Shown: in pieces, positions 35,821 to 48,999 of the stretch
How the letters are laid out: each line of letters begins with the position of its first letter
How positions within the stretch are numbered: the first letter of the stretch is position 1
Origin: Lama guanicoe
Taxonomy: Eukaryota
Length of the DNA stretch: 64,000 nt
NCBI GenBank assembly: GCA_013239625.1
Contig: MU053933.1
Location: 994,001-1,058,000, forward strand
Direction: 5' to 3'
Made by a program: the position numbers and the translations under genes
The notes under the pieces: generated by a model
Seen by the model: the letters and a program-made list of their open reading frames with translations, nothing else
Database searches by the model: none
Told to the model about the DNA's origin: nothing

Positions 35821-38800
35821 GGCGCGAGGACGGCCGTGATGGAAAACACAGCTGGCAGCCGGCTCTGGTCTCTTCCGGCTGCCCGTTTAACCTCCTCTAC
35901 CACCAGGCCCCCCACCCTGTTTTCTCCAGCCCTCCCAGGAGTGACGATTTCAGGTGTGAAGACACTGGCAAACCCTATGAATTGCAGCTGAGACTTTATC
36001 TTCACCTCCCGACGCGGCGATCTAGGACTCCTGTTGATGGGGTTCGACTTGTGAAGCTCTTGAAAGCTTCCGGGTGGGCCGTGGAGCCATGGCCCCACGA
36101 GACCGCGGGCTCCCGCCAGCGCTGACTGGGTCTGCCTGTCCCGACCTCGGGAAGTCAGGTAAGCATCACGCAGCTTCCCAAGCCTGTGAGAAGGCAAAAG
36201 ACGAGTTCCTTACGTCTGGCATTCTTTTGCCTCACCAGATTTTGCACATGGTTATTTTCTGTACTGAGCCATCAGCAGTACCTAATCAAAGGGTAAAGAA
36301 ATTTTAGATGTGAACCTGGCAGCAAAAGCAGGTAATGAAGGGATTCTTAAAAATGAGTGCAAGCTTTTATCCTGAGCCCCTAAATGCTCAAAGAAAGTGT
36401 CCTATTTGGCCTTTCAAATGCTGGGAAGGCAGGCTCTGTCTGTTTCTCTGAGGAGTTCAAAGGCAATTTGGAGTTTTCAGGCCACTGTCAGGCAAGGGGA
36501 TAACAGCATCTTACAAAGGGGAGAAACTTCAAAGAAACCAGGGCGCACGCATAGGATGCAACACGCTGCAGCCAAAACAATCGTGTGCTTCCGGGCACTT
36601 AATTTTATTGGAAAACGTTCATTAAATAATGTTAGATTGGACATTAACTACACGTATTTCACAGAAGGTAATTTCTGCGTGAAATTACAAGCCACGTTTA
36701 CCCAGCACTTTCTCCTCATTTCCTACAATGAAATTGTATCGCTTGTTCATCAGAACATAGCCATGAACAATTACTATATTTCAATGCGGCAGAGTGGCCA
36801 AAATAAGTGCCACCACTGGCTGAGGCTCAGAGGAGGGACAGGTGGCAGGTGAGAAGTTGGGAATGTGAACCACAACCCTGCACGCTGCACGGAGCCGGTC
36901 CAACAGATGCATCCCTAAGCCTCCAAGCAGGCGCTATTGGCTTGATTGGTTTCATTGTCTTAGAAACCCCACCCCCACGAAGTTAAAAGCAGTCACACTC
37001 CTGGGTCCCCAGTATCCCCCCCTGGAGACCAGGGGTGCTCAGGAGCCCTGGTGGTCCCTGCTGGGACTGCGGACATCCGCTCATCAGGGCTCCCTGAATG
37101 AGACTGTGATTAGGAGCAGGTGTTCAGGGCTTAACTCGATTGGGAATTCCTGGTGCATAATTAGGTGTTTAACTACCCAGAATCAATCATGAAACTTGAA
37201 CGGAGTGAGGGAAGCGTGGCGTTTGTGGGAGTAAGCCTGGGGGTTGAATTTGTTCATTAGATAACTGCCTTATATTTTCATTCTCTCGGAATGGAAGACC
37301 ATGGAAGTCTAACCTTGCCCATGAACCTGTGAGCTTCCCCTGCACCTCCTTGATACGGGCCAATGTGTCAGCCCCGACAGTGCACCAGGGGCCTCTCTGT
37401 TGGGCCACATTAGCAAATGAGTTAGAACTGCAGGGAAAAAAAGCCAATAAGCATTAGGAAGCTTTTTTAAAAAAATCTTATTCTCTTAAGCTAATTTCTG
37501 ACAAGTGAGCTGCCCTCACTGGTATCTGAGAGACGTGGGCTGGGTGAGGACGGCCACGAGGAAACGCAGGGAGGTAAATTCTCCGCCCAGCCTGTGTGGA
37601 CACGGAGGCGGCGTGCTCAGGGAGGCTGGATGCGCATGTGAGGGCGTGGGTGGGCGGGTGGGTGAGCAATTAAAAGGCAGGCACTTGGACTGTTATTCAC
37701 GAGCCGACCTGGTAGGATGGTCGGGTTTGCTGCTCAAGTTTTCAGCTTGAAGAGTTACCAGCATTGCATTAAAATTGACTTACGGGAAAATCATAAGAGG
37801 GAATGAGAATTGAAATGTGTGGGTCTCCCCCCACATGTCAGGCCACTCATTTCTGATAGGATTTCATAAAAGCCTCTGGGGAAAAGCTTGCAGTATTTTC
37901 TTGATCCGCTGTGACCAGCTGCTGTCCACCATTTCTGCTAAATAGATTCTCCATGTGTTTGTCTTTAGGAAAAATACATCAGCTTTTGTTCCAAAACAAA
38001 AGGGTATAGAAAAGGCACATGTGATTGCAGAGAGATGAAAAGGGTGTTTTCTCTTGCTCGTAAAGTGTCATCTCAGCAGCAAAAGCAGCTCTTGCTGCTG
38101 CAGGCACTTCTAGCAGAAATGCAGCGTCCTCTGCCTCCGCTCAGGCCACCACGCCCCCCACCACCATCCTTACACAGCTGTCGCCGGCCGGCTGGTGAAT
38201 GAGGGGCCGGCGGGGTCAAGCATCCCCTGGGGAGAGGGCTGAGATAATGCAAACCCATGAGGTCCACGCTTTATTTATTAGCGATGACGTCCTCGCTAAC
38301 CGCAGCCTGGCCAGCGAGGCACGGTCTATCACCAGCTCTGCCCACAGGGAGGATGAGCAAAGAGTCCTTCCTCCCAGTGAAACTGATCGTTTCCAACAAG
38401 CACTGCCTCCTGGGGAGCTGGAGGGAGCCCCCGACTCAAGGTGAGTCACCTGGCGCTGGTGCTTCCTGGCACAGCACCGTAGCCTCTTGGGGCCTCCACG
38501 ATCCTGGGACTCCAGTGGGATCTCCTGTGGTTCCTTTAAATTTCACACAAGGAGAGTGGATGCTGACTCAGGTGCAGGAGACCCTTGTCATCACGGCGGG
38601 GGGCTCAGTGACCCTCCGTCCACAGGCTGCATCCAAAACCCCCAGGACATTTCCCATCTCACAGGCTGCCCCTACCGTGTCCAAATCTTGGGGAGCATCA
38701 TTTAAAGCCAACAAGTGAACTGGTTTCTCTGCGGTGAGCCTTGTCCGGCCCATACTTCCCCGCTCCAGTCTGCTCCGGCCGGGATCGCTGAGGGCTGGGC

Positions 38801-38954
38801 TGAATCATCAGGTGCGTGGAGAGGCCAAGGGAAGTGGTCTGCCTTCCGGTGAGAGTTCTCCCAGCCCTGGGGTGCTCAGGAAACATGTGGTCTCAGGAAA
38901 TTAGCTTCTCTTTTGCTGTGTCTCATGTTACAACGAAGAAAAATGATTTTTTTT

Positions 38955-41900
38955 AAGTTAAACTTTTTATTTTGGGATAATTGTAGGTTCTCAGGCAGTT
39001 GTAAGAAAGAACAGGAAGGAGTCCCGTACAGACTTCACCCCGATTCCCCCAGAGGGAACATCTTGCACAACCCTGATACCATATCCCCCCGGGATGCGGA
39101 CGGATGCCGTGCAGACGCAGAAAATTCCATCCCCACCGGGACCCCTGCTGCCTTTTTCAGCCTTGCCGTCTTTCCTCCCACCCCACCCCCTCCTCAGCCC
39201 CTGCGATCACTAGTCTACCCTCTGTCCCTGTAACGGTGCCCTTTCGTGAACGGTCTGTAAACGGAACCACACAGTATTCTACCTTTGGCTTATTGAACTC
39301 GGCACCAGTCTCCGGAAGTTCATCCCGGTCCTTGTGTACGTCTGGCACTTGTTCCTTTTCATGGCTGAGTAGTGTTCCATGGTTGGATGGATCACAGTTT
39401 GTTTAAATGTTCACCAGTTGAAGGGCATCTGGGCTGCTCCCAGTCTGGGGGCTGCTGCACACAAAGCTGCTATAGAAGTTCAGTAGCAGCCGTTGCATGC
39501 ATATGGCTTCTCATCTTTCTGGGATGAACGCCAGCAGTGCAATCACTCGGTCCTAGGGCAGGTATGCGTCTGATTCATAGGCAACAGTCAAACCACTTTC
39601 CAGAATGACCACACCACTTTACTCTCCCACCAGCAATGTCCAAGGGCCCAGTGTCTCCACACTTTCTCTAGCATATGGTGTTTGTTGTCAGTGTTTATTT
39701 TGGACATTCTGACAGGGGTGCCGTGAGAGCCCACTGCGGTTCTAATTCACATGTCTGTGATGGCCAGGATGTGGGATGTCTGAAAAGATGTGTTCTGCAT
39801 ATGCTCACTGGCAAGACGCACCCTCGTGTCTTTTGCCCGCTTCCAAATCTGTCTGTGGAGGGGTTATTGTTTTTCTGTTTTCACTGCTGAGTTTTGGAAA
39901 TTCTCTGTGTAGTCCGGGTGCCAGACCTCTGTCAGATGTGCAGTTTGCAAACACCGTCTCCCAGTCTGTAGCTCGTCCTTTCATCCTCTTCACAGCATCT
40001 CTCACAGAGCAAACATTGTTAATTTTGTTGGAGTCCGATGTATCCGCTTTCCTTTCACCAGTCTTGCTTTTGACATCCAATCTAAGAGCTCTCTGCCTGG
40101 CCCTAGATCCTGAAGGTTTTCTTCCAATGCTTCTCTAAAAGTCATATAGTTTTACATTTTAATCTATGGTCCATTTTGAGTTGACTTTTATAGGCAGTGT
40201 GAGATTTAAGTTGAAGTTCAGTTTTTTGGTCCCTGGATGTCCAGTTGCTCCAGCACCATTTGTTGACAAACTCTCCCAAAGCTCTCCTTCATCCATTAAA
40301 TTGCTTTTGCATCTTTGTCAAAAATCAGTTGGGCACATGTGTGTGGGTCTGTTTCTGGGTTCTCTGTTCTGTTCCATCAATCTCTGTGTCCATCCCTCCA
40401 CCAGTGTCACAGTCTCGATTGCTGTAACTATATAATAAGCCTAAAAGTCAGATCCCGTGGGGCCTCTCATTTTAGCTTCTTTTTCTAAAATATTTAGACG
40501 GTTTTTTACCTTCCCATATAAAGTTTTCTGTATCTATAAAATATTGCTGGGATTTTGATAGGAACTGCATTAAGCATGTATTTCAATTTGGGAAGAACTG
40601 ACATCTTGAGCCTTCCAATCCATGAATATGGTCTGTCTCTCCATTTACGTAGACCTTTATTTCTCTGACCAGGATTTTATACTTCTCAGCATACGGGTCC
40701 TATTTTGTTAGAGTTAGACCTAAGCATTTTTTGTTTTGTTTTGAGTGATTGTAAAGGGTATTTTTAATTTCAGTGTCCATGTATTCACCTCTAGTCTATA
40801 GAAATACAATTGATTTTGTACGTTTATCTTGTATTTTGTGACCTTAGTTACTAACTCATTTACTAGGTCCAGGAGGTTTTGTTTTTGTAGATTCCTTGAG
40901 ATTTTCCAAGGAATCATGTCATCAACAAGCAGGGACAGCTTGCCTCATCCTTGCTGAACTGTGTGCCTTTTATTTCCTTCTCTCGCCTTACTGTGTTGTC
41001 CAGAATGCCCAGCACCACGCTGAGGAAGAGTGGCGAGAGTGGACATCCTTGCCTTAGTCCTGATCTCAGAGGGAAAGCGTTCAGTCTTTCATCATTAAGT
41101 ACAATTTTTGCAGACGTACTTTATTAGCTTGAGGAAATTGTCCTCCATTCCTATTTTTCCGAGAGCTTCTGTCATACATGGATGTTATATTTTGTCACGT
41201 GCTTTTTCTGCATTGATTGATATGATCATGTGATTTTTTCTTCTTTAGCCTGTTAAAATGAAGTAAATTGGTTTTTGAATACTGAACTAGCCTTGCAAAC
41301 CTGGAATAAACTCCACTTTGTCACAGTGACTAATTCTTTTTATATATGCTGAATTCTATTCGATATTTGCATAGATGGTGGGGATATTGGTCTGTAGGTT
41401 CCCCCTTTTTGCACTGTCTTTATCTGGTTTTGGTATCAGGGTGACATCTGCTTCATAAAATGAACTGGGAAGTGCTTCCTTCTCTTCTGTTTTCTGCAAG
41501 AGATTGTGTAAAATTGGTGTTAATTCTTTTCAAAACCCTGGAAGAATGCTCCAGTGAAAACATCTAGGTCAGAGAACTTCCTGGAGGCGGGGGGAGTGTT
41601 TTAATTATTGATTCAATCTCTTTAATAGTTACAGAGCTATTTAAATTGTGTGTTTCACCATTGGTGACTTTGCTAGGTTGTGCTTTTCAAGGAATTGGTC
41701 AGTTTCATTCAAGCTGTAAAACTTATTCGTGTAGAATTGTTTGACTTGTTCCCCTATCACCCCTTTGACGTCTGCAGGCTCTGTAAGCTAACAGTCCCTC
41801 TTTCACTCCTGATTTTGGTAATTTATATATTCTCTCTTCAGTTTATTGATCTTTTGAAAGAACCAGCTCTTTGTTTCATTAAACTTCTTATAATTTTTTA

Positions 41901-42465
41901 TTTTAAATTTCATTGATTTCTTTTCTTATCTGTTATTCCCTTCCTTCTGCTTGCTTTGGATTTATTTTGCTCATCTTTGTGTTGAGGGTGAAGCCTAGAT
42001 TACGGATTGGAAATTCTGCCTCTCTCCTAATAGAAGCGTTTAGTGCTGTGCATTTCCCTCTCGGCCCTGCTTTAGCTGTCTTACAGCTACATTTGATATG
42101 TTGTATTTTCATTTTCATTCAGTCCAATGTATTTTTAATTCCCCTTGAAATTTCCTCTTTGACCCCAGATTACTTGGCAGTGTGCTGACTAGTCCCCATC
42201 ATCCATGGACTCGCCGCTAGCTTTCTGCTTTAGATGTCTAGCCTGATTGCACTGTGTTCAGAGACCACAGTCAGCATGATTTCAATTCTTTTTAATTGGC
42301 TGAGGTTTGATTTAAGGTTCGTGGCGACATCTATCTTGACGTGTTCCACGGACATACGAAAAGCATGTGTGCTGTGCTGTCACTGCCGGAGTGTTCCGTG
42401 AGTGCTGGTTCCATCCAGCTGGTTCGGGTATTGTTGAGTTCTGCCATATCCTTGCACGTTTTATG
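38955..42465 (-). mobile_element. Old L1 (L1MC/MB-like) 3'UTR and degraded ORF2
   Basis: tttcatggctgagtagtgttccat, ccagcaccatttgttga, ggacatccttgccttagtcctgatct; many stops and frameshifts. Confidence 0.85.
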
Positions 42466-43305
42466 TGTGGACACAGATTGGCTGCACTCCCCCACCGGGG
42501 GCCCCGCCCCTGCTGCTCCCCGCCTTGCAGCCACTCTCTCTGGACCCCAGAAACCGTTTGCTCTCACCCCGCCTCCTAGCCTCAGGGCTGCCACCCCTGC
42601 CTGTTCTCACAAGCACTAGAACACTGAGTTCTCTCAGTCCACCCGCAGCTCTGTAACTTTCCTCAATGACCCAATTTTCTGCACCATCTGTTTCCTGCTG
42701 TGACCTCATCATGTGACATATAACCCAGAGGACGCTGGCATTACCCAGGACTCCTGCAGTGGAAACTCCCCTGAAAATGATCTCACAGAGCGAATTAACT
42801 AGGTTCAGGCTGCAATTAAATGCATAGTAGAGACTTCTATCTCCACTTAGAATGTAGAAAGCTGCCAGGCTCACGAAGATAAAAGTGAGATAATCCTCAA
42901 AACCGCAGAGAGATGAGCCAAAAAGGAACAAAGTAAAACAAATTCCAAAAAGGAAAAAGCCTTTCAAGGAGAGAGAGCACATGAACTGTTGCATCTTCGA
43001 CAGGACACAGAAGAAAGAGGTAACCACCATAAGGATTCTGAAGAATTTCAAGAAATTCTTAAAGGCTAGTTCATGTGACAGCTGGAAAGAACTGGGAGGC
43101 CCATGTGTGAGGGGAGTCTGCACTCACTCTCAAGCCCTCCCACGGGTCACCACCGACTGCTCGCAAGAAAGATCAGGAACAAAGCAGGAGACCAGAGAGG
43201 GCCGTCTGGTGACACAGGTGTGCATGAAGTGAGCAGTGGGTCCTGGGCAGGTACAAGCCCCACGTGGTTCCCAGAGTCTTTTATAAGCAGAAGACTTCGG
43301 CTGCT

Positions 43306-43443
43306 GGGGAAGGTCTAGCTCAGAGGTAGAGTGCATGCCTAGCGTGCATGAGGTCCCAGGTCCAATCCCTAGTACCTCCACCAAAGGTGATAAATAAACA
43401 AGCCTAATCATCTTCCCCCAACAAGAAAATATTTTTAAAAAAG
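43306..43443 (+). mobile_element. tRNA-derived SINE (Vic-1-like)
   Basis: ctagctcagaggtagagtgcatgcctagc; degenerate TSD AAGACTTCGGCTGCT / AAGACCTAGGATGTT. Confidence 0.85.
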
Positions 43444-43804
43444 ACCTAGGATGTTGGAGGAGGGGCATCAAACCATCGTGTCCCTGGGGCATAAGCATAG
43501 ATCCAGGGTCCTGGGGAGGGATAAGAGCTTGGAGAGGGACCGCTCTACGGGGCAGGCCTGTAGGGACAGCCGAAGGCTAAGGCGGTGTCGGGACCCTGAG
43601 CAGGGCCCTCCAGCACTGCAGCCCCCTCCCAACAACGAGGCAGCCACAGCCCACGGCTGGAGGAATCTGAAGTCCGAGGCACTGAAATGGCCATGGCGGC
43701 AACAAACCCACCCCAGCCGGACTCCCGCCCGCATGGCCCAGTCCCCCACACCGCGGCCACAGGAGGCGAGCCGCACTGACCGCCAGGCCCGGAAAGTTCT
43801 GGCC

Positions 43805-44262
43805 CCCGTCCTGCTGGTTGCTGAGAAAGCAGCACGGAAATCTCCGGCTGTAATTGTGCTTTATTTCAACATTCAGGTCTTTCAGGTCTTTCTCTGCGCA
43901 TTTTGAAGGTCTGTTGTCAGGACACGCACATTTAGGACAGTGATGTCTTCTTGATAGCCTGGCCCCTTCACCTGGATGTAATGTCCCTGTCTATCCCTGG
44001 TAACAGTCCTTGTACTAAATTCGGCTTTCAAGGGGTGGGTGTAGCTCAGGGGCAGAATGCATGCCTAGCATGCGTGAGGTCCTGGTTTCAATCCCCGGCA
44101 CCTCCATTAAATAAATATATAAATCTAATTTTAAAAAATAAATAAAAATAAAATTGACTTTGACACTCCAGCTTTTTTTCATTTGTTTTTGTACAATATA
44201 TCTTTTTCCATCCTTTACTTTGTCTTCATATTTAAAGTGGCTTCTTTTAGACAGCATACAGA
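43805..44262 (-). mobile_element. Continuation of the old L1 (ORF2 N-terminal, endonuclease side), split by a SINE
   Basis: atctccggctgtaattgtg..cacatttaggac..tctttttccatcctttactt..tagacagcatac. Confidence 0.7.
44032..44153 (+). mobile_element. tRNA-derived SINE (Vic-1-like)
   Basis: gtagctcaggggcagaatgcatgcctagc..ggtttcaatcccc; A-rich tail. Confidence 0.85.
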
Positions 44263-44295
44263 GAATAGCATTTGTAACACATGAAACAATTTTGG

Positions 44296-44585
44296 GGGTT
44301 TTTGTTTGTTTTATTAAAGTATAGTCAGTTTACAATGTTGTGTCAGTTTCTAGCGTTTCAGTCATACATATATTTGTTTTCATATTCTTTTCATTATAGA
44401 TTATTACAAGATATTGAACATAGTTCCCTGTGCTATATGGAAGAAACTTGTTGTTTATCTATTTTATATATAGTAGTTAGTATCTGCAAATCTCGAACTC
44501 CCAGTTCATCCCTTCCCACCCCCTTTCCCCTCCAGTAACCATAAGTTTGTTTTCTACGTCTGTGAGTCTGTTTCTGTTTTGTAAA
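44296..44585 (-). mobile_element. Young-type L1 3' tail
   Basis: aagtatagtcagtttacaatgttg..gtaaccataagtttgttttct, closely similar to 49010-49300. Confidence 0.85.
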
Positions 44586-44589
44586 GAAT

Positions 44590-44900
44590 ATTTGTTAAAG
44601 AAGCAGAAATTTTTAAAAAGCGAACAAAAATTTTAGATATATTTGTTATGATTCATCGAAATTATAAAAGTTAATGTAATGATTATGTAGTAGGCAGATA
44701 CAGCTGAAGAGAGAATTAGTGAACTGGAGGCTAGATCTGTAGCACAGACAGATAAAGGTTGAAAAATATTAACAAAAACTTTAGACAAGGAAGATAGAAT
44801 GAGAAGCTCTAGTACACATTTTATATTTTATAAGAAGGAGAGAATAGAGGGCATGGGAGGGGCAATATTCAAAGATAAGAGAATTTTCCAGACTTAGGGG
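44590..44900 (+). mobile_element. Degraded L1 ORF1-region fragment
   Basis: cagctgaagagagaattagtgaactggag..gcaatattcaaagataagagaattttccaga. Confidence 0.6.
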
Positions 44901-44959
44901 AAAAAATCCTACAAAACTGTGCTTTTGTTGGATATTGCATTTGGCAGTTAGTATTATAT

Positions 44960-46130
44960 AAAGAGTGTCTTAAAGATGGTAGAGGCTTATTTTCTGTGAT
45001 GTTAAGAAGTCTGGAAACTGGCAGTTGTAGGTCAACTGTGAATTCAGCCTCCTGCCAGTCTCACAGCTCCTCAAGGACCAGGAGGGTCTCTGAAATGCAA
45101 TCATCAAGGTGGACACCACCCCCCAGTTTCCCAGGAGGAGACGGGCACACTCCAGCAGGCACCCAGCTCCAAGTCACAAACCCTACCTCCAGTCATGAAG
45201 GCATAAGAAATTGAGCAATTTCATCTTGGAAACATGAAAATGGTAGATTGGAGTTACTTAGCCACATGCAAGCGGAAGATTCCTTTCCATCCTTGCAGTC
45301 TCTGTAGCAGATTGCCTGGGAAGCACATCCCGTTCTAGCTAAACGTGTGTTCACTAATAAAAGTGTTTTCTTTTTCTTCTACCTTTATGGAGATGTTTTC
45401 TGGATTGGGAGGAAATTTCGTCTTGCATTCTATTTCCCCAACACAGTCTGGGGCTAGAAAGGCAGCTGCCCCATCAACCAGAGCTTCAGGTTCTTCTGTG
45501 CTTCTGCTCTACCAAAAGACATAGGATCATGGAAATAAATGAAACCCACTCAAATAAGAAAGTAAAGACTATTTCTTCAGAGCTGGCGGCAGCAAGGGGG
45601 TCATAGACTCCCAGGCAGGCAGAAGTGGGGGAAAGCTTCACAGGGGAAAAACAGGAAGGCTGCAGGTGTGCCCTGGTAGAGGCTGTTGATGGGGGAAACT
45701 GTCGCTGGGCTTACAGCAGGCTGGCTGTAAGCTAAGGCGTTGGTTTTCTGGACAGCTTTCAACATTTGGTGGGTCAGTCTATTTTTATGTATGATCTGGT
45801 CATCGTCTGTTTGTACATTCAGCCTTTTAGCAGTCATCATTAAGGTCACCTCATGGTCCCAACATGGCCACAGTAGATCCAGCCATTGTGACCACATTCC
45901 AGCAGAAAGAAAATAAGCAGAAGGGCAAAGAGCATGCCTCCCAGGTGAGTCCCTTCACAATGTTCCTCCCAAATACATCTGCTTGGCTCTCCTCAATCCT
46001 CCCTACGTCCAGGGAGGCAGGGAAATGATTGTTTACTGGGCACAAGGGTTCTCCCTTGTGAGAAAGAAAGGAGACCTTCTGTTAAAGGAAAAATGGAGAA
46101 TGGTTTCAGAACAGGCAACTAGCAACCTCT
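44960..46130. mobile_element. Old MaLR LTR (MLT1J/K-like) host carrying two nested LTR insertions
   Basis: aagaagtctggaaactggcagt|ctggggct rejoins across the insert; cctcatggtcccaacatggcc..caagggttct..ggcaactagc. Confidence 0.6.
45026..45443 (+). mobile_element. Solo ERV1 LTR (MER34/MER39-like), 418 bp
   Basis: TGTAGG...CCCCAACA termini, 4-bp TSD CAGT (45022-45025, 45444-45447), internal AATAAA at 45356-45361. Confidence 0.8.
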
Positions 46131-47979
46131 TTTACACCTTCAGATTGAAAAAAATGGAAGAATAAATCCATCTAAAAATATATTTATGAAAAATGCATCA
46201 CTGAATATAGTCTTAATTTATTCTTCTTTACGGAATATTTGTTTTATGAAAGTTACTTCATTTTAATGAAGAGCTGGTTGATCAGAAGTCTTCATAGTCA
46301 AGGTTACAGGCTTAAAGCAGCCTCCACAGTGCCTTCTCAAAAGCCCCCTCTCCATGTTCCCCCATCTCCAGGCCGCTGAGGCAGAGACAGAACAGCCCAG
46401 ACACCCTAATGTGAACACAAATTGAAAACTGCTCAACTAAAACAAACTAGTTCAAAGAAACAACAAATTCAGGGAATTGGTCATTTGGTAAATTGGCTCT
46501 TCAGAGAACTAGGTCTGAGCAATTGCCAGAGTGCAAGGAGCGAGTTCGGGCAAAAGAGCCCGTCATGATGGTTGGGGGAGGGGGAGGGCCTGTCACAACT
46601 CCTGGGGGCTTTCCTGCGGCTGGGAGGGTCCTCCGCACCCTCAGGAAAGGTCCCAGGCTGGCAGGTTGACTCCACTGCACAGCAATCGCCCTCTCTGAAG
46701 GGTGTGATTCATATCCTCTGGAAACGAGGAGAGGAAAGTCAGGCTCAGAACTCCGTGAGTGCAGGAGACCAAGTTCTGAAGAAATGCAAGGAAACGGGTC
46801 CTTAGCACGTCTGAACCGAGTGTGGCCCCTGGGCAGCCGGGGGGCAGAAGGCGTCTCACTGGGGAAAACACTCTCATGGAGGGAAGCGGCCAGAACAGGG
46901 CGCTTCACAGCCTTCTCGGCAGCCCCCCGGCAGGCAGCCTCCCCTCCAGCGCATCCACATGTCTTAGGAAATGAGAGCACCCATTATATGCATGTCCCTC
47001 CCCTGCAAAAGGTCCGGATGCTGCAAGCACACGTGCACACGCACACACACACGTGTGCCCAACGGCAGGCGCACACGCACACGCACACATGCACTCCACT
47101 TACCCTTCCTTCCCCAGGGTTTTACATCTTCTCAGCCGCAAGGAATTGATTAGAAGGAGCTTTCGGGGTTTGCTGTGTGATGTGCTCTGCCCGCTCCTTG
47201 GCCTGCAGCCCCCGCTTGCTGAGGGCCATCCCCACCCGACTCAGGGAACACGCTGGATCCTCCTGCCACCAGTGTCCCATAGAAAGAACTTTTTTAATTC
47301 CTCCATCAGAACTTCATTTTTTTTTTCCATTAAGGAAGTGTCCATCATGAAAATGCAAAATGGCGAGGAGGTGATTTCCAACCTACAAAGGGAAAAACAG
47401 AATGCCTTCTCTTCCCTCTGCGAGATGGAAAAGCGGACAAGCTCAGGGCTGGGAGGGGAGGTCTTGCCCGGTCCTGCTTTGGTGGGAGAGGTGGAGGCAA
47501 GGATACTCAGAAGGCAGAACAAAACACTGTTGGATTGGAAGCTTTTTAAGGGTAAAAAGAACGTTGAGGAATTGATTCGTCACTGACAGTTTAATGGGAA
47601 GCGGTCCTCTGATCACACCTGACCGCGGCTGCCGAGGAGGGGCTTTGGGGGACGAGATCCGATCACTGCGCACGCTGGAAAGGGCCAGAAAGTGCGTCTC
47701 TGTGCACGCCCTTGTGGGGATTTCATGGGGAACACTCAGAGTGAGAAGGGGTCTCGTGGGGGTCGTAAGGAGGGCACTTGGCAGTGAAGACAGGCTTTTC
47801 TGGCGCCCAGGCCAGCCACAGGGTGGTGATTTCCCCTGGGCCAGCAGGGACTAGGCGCTTTGCCAGAAGCCAAATAGTCAGATCCAAATTCAAGATCGAT
47901 GACTGCGAACTGCGGGCCTCAGCTGTCCTGCTTTAAAGGAGGGGTCAGAATTACCTCCATCTGGTCGTGGGATGAGCGT

Positions 47980-48490
47980 TAACCACCAATGGCCAGTGAC
48001 TTGATCATCACACTCAGTCCCGAGGCCTGTGGGAAGGCTCTACTGCAGCAGCTGGCAGAGCTTCCAGGTTGTGGACACACCCGCACGCCAGCAGGGCCCT
48101 GCACCTCGCCTCCAGGGGCAGAGGCCCTGGCCTCTGGACCCTCGGGGACCTCACCCCCTGTGGCTCTCCCCGGGCTGTTCCCGTATAATAAATCAGGAAA
48201 TGCAAGCACAGTGTTTCCCCGAGTTCTGTGAGCTGTGCTAGCAAATTACCAAACCCAGGGAAGGGGTGGTGGGAACCCCTGATTTGCAGCCAAGTCAGGC
48301 CGAGTGTGGGAGCCGGGGGCTCCCTGGGGTCGGGGCGGCCTTGTGGGGTGGAGCCCGGGAGCGGCGGGGTCAGTGCTGGCTCTGCGGGGTCGTCAGTGTC
48401 AGGACTGAGTTGAGTCGCTGGGCAGCTGGTGTCGGAGGTGGAGAGTTGGTTGGGGGAGGGGGGAGTCCCGCACTTTTGGCGTCAGAGCAA
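47980..48490 (+). mobile_element. MER21-like LTR
   Basis: gtgtttccccgagttctgtgagctgtgctagcaaattacc..gggaacccctgatttgcagcc..gtcagtgtcaggactgagttga..cagctggtgtc. Confidence 0.7.
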
Positions 48491-48999
48491 AGGCAAGTTT
48501 CCTTTTGCGTGGAGAGTGGAAGCGGCCTGGTGGCTGCCAGGGGCTGGGCGAGGGGGCATCGGTGAGCTGCTGCTTAGTGGGTGTGGGGTCCCCTTGTGGG
48601 CGATGAAAACGTTTGGAACCAGATAGAAAGTGGTGGTGGATCGTGAATGGGCTAAATGTCGCTGAACTGCACTCTTTCAAATGGTTAATTATCTTTTTTC
48701 AATACGTCATTGTCTCTGCTCTCAAGACTCAAGTCAATCCAGTTGAGAAGAAAAGGCACAAATCTATCACAGCTTGTCTCTGCAGGAAGCAAAGAGGAAA
48801 AACAGCAGTTTCGGCCTGTCCTCAGCGCAGCCTGGGAGCCTCCCCTCGTGCTGGCCTCCCGGGTCACTGCAGTCTTAAGCCTGGACGAAAACATCCCAAG
48901 ACACCTACGGAACTTCCCAGGCAGCTCCCTTCCCACCCGGACCCCCCGCTTCCCGACACCCGCTTACAGGTACGTGTTTGTTCACTTTCTGGATTAAGA

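Noticed and set aside
42461..43123. 220-aa hydrophobic minus-strand ORF resembling a membrane protein
   Set aside because: Antisense of A-rich repeat-derived sequence; the Phe/Leu richness comes from T-richness
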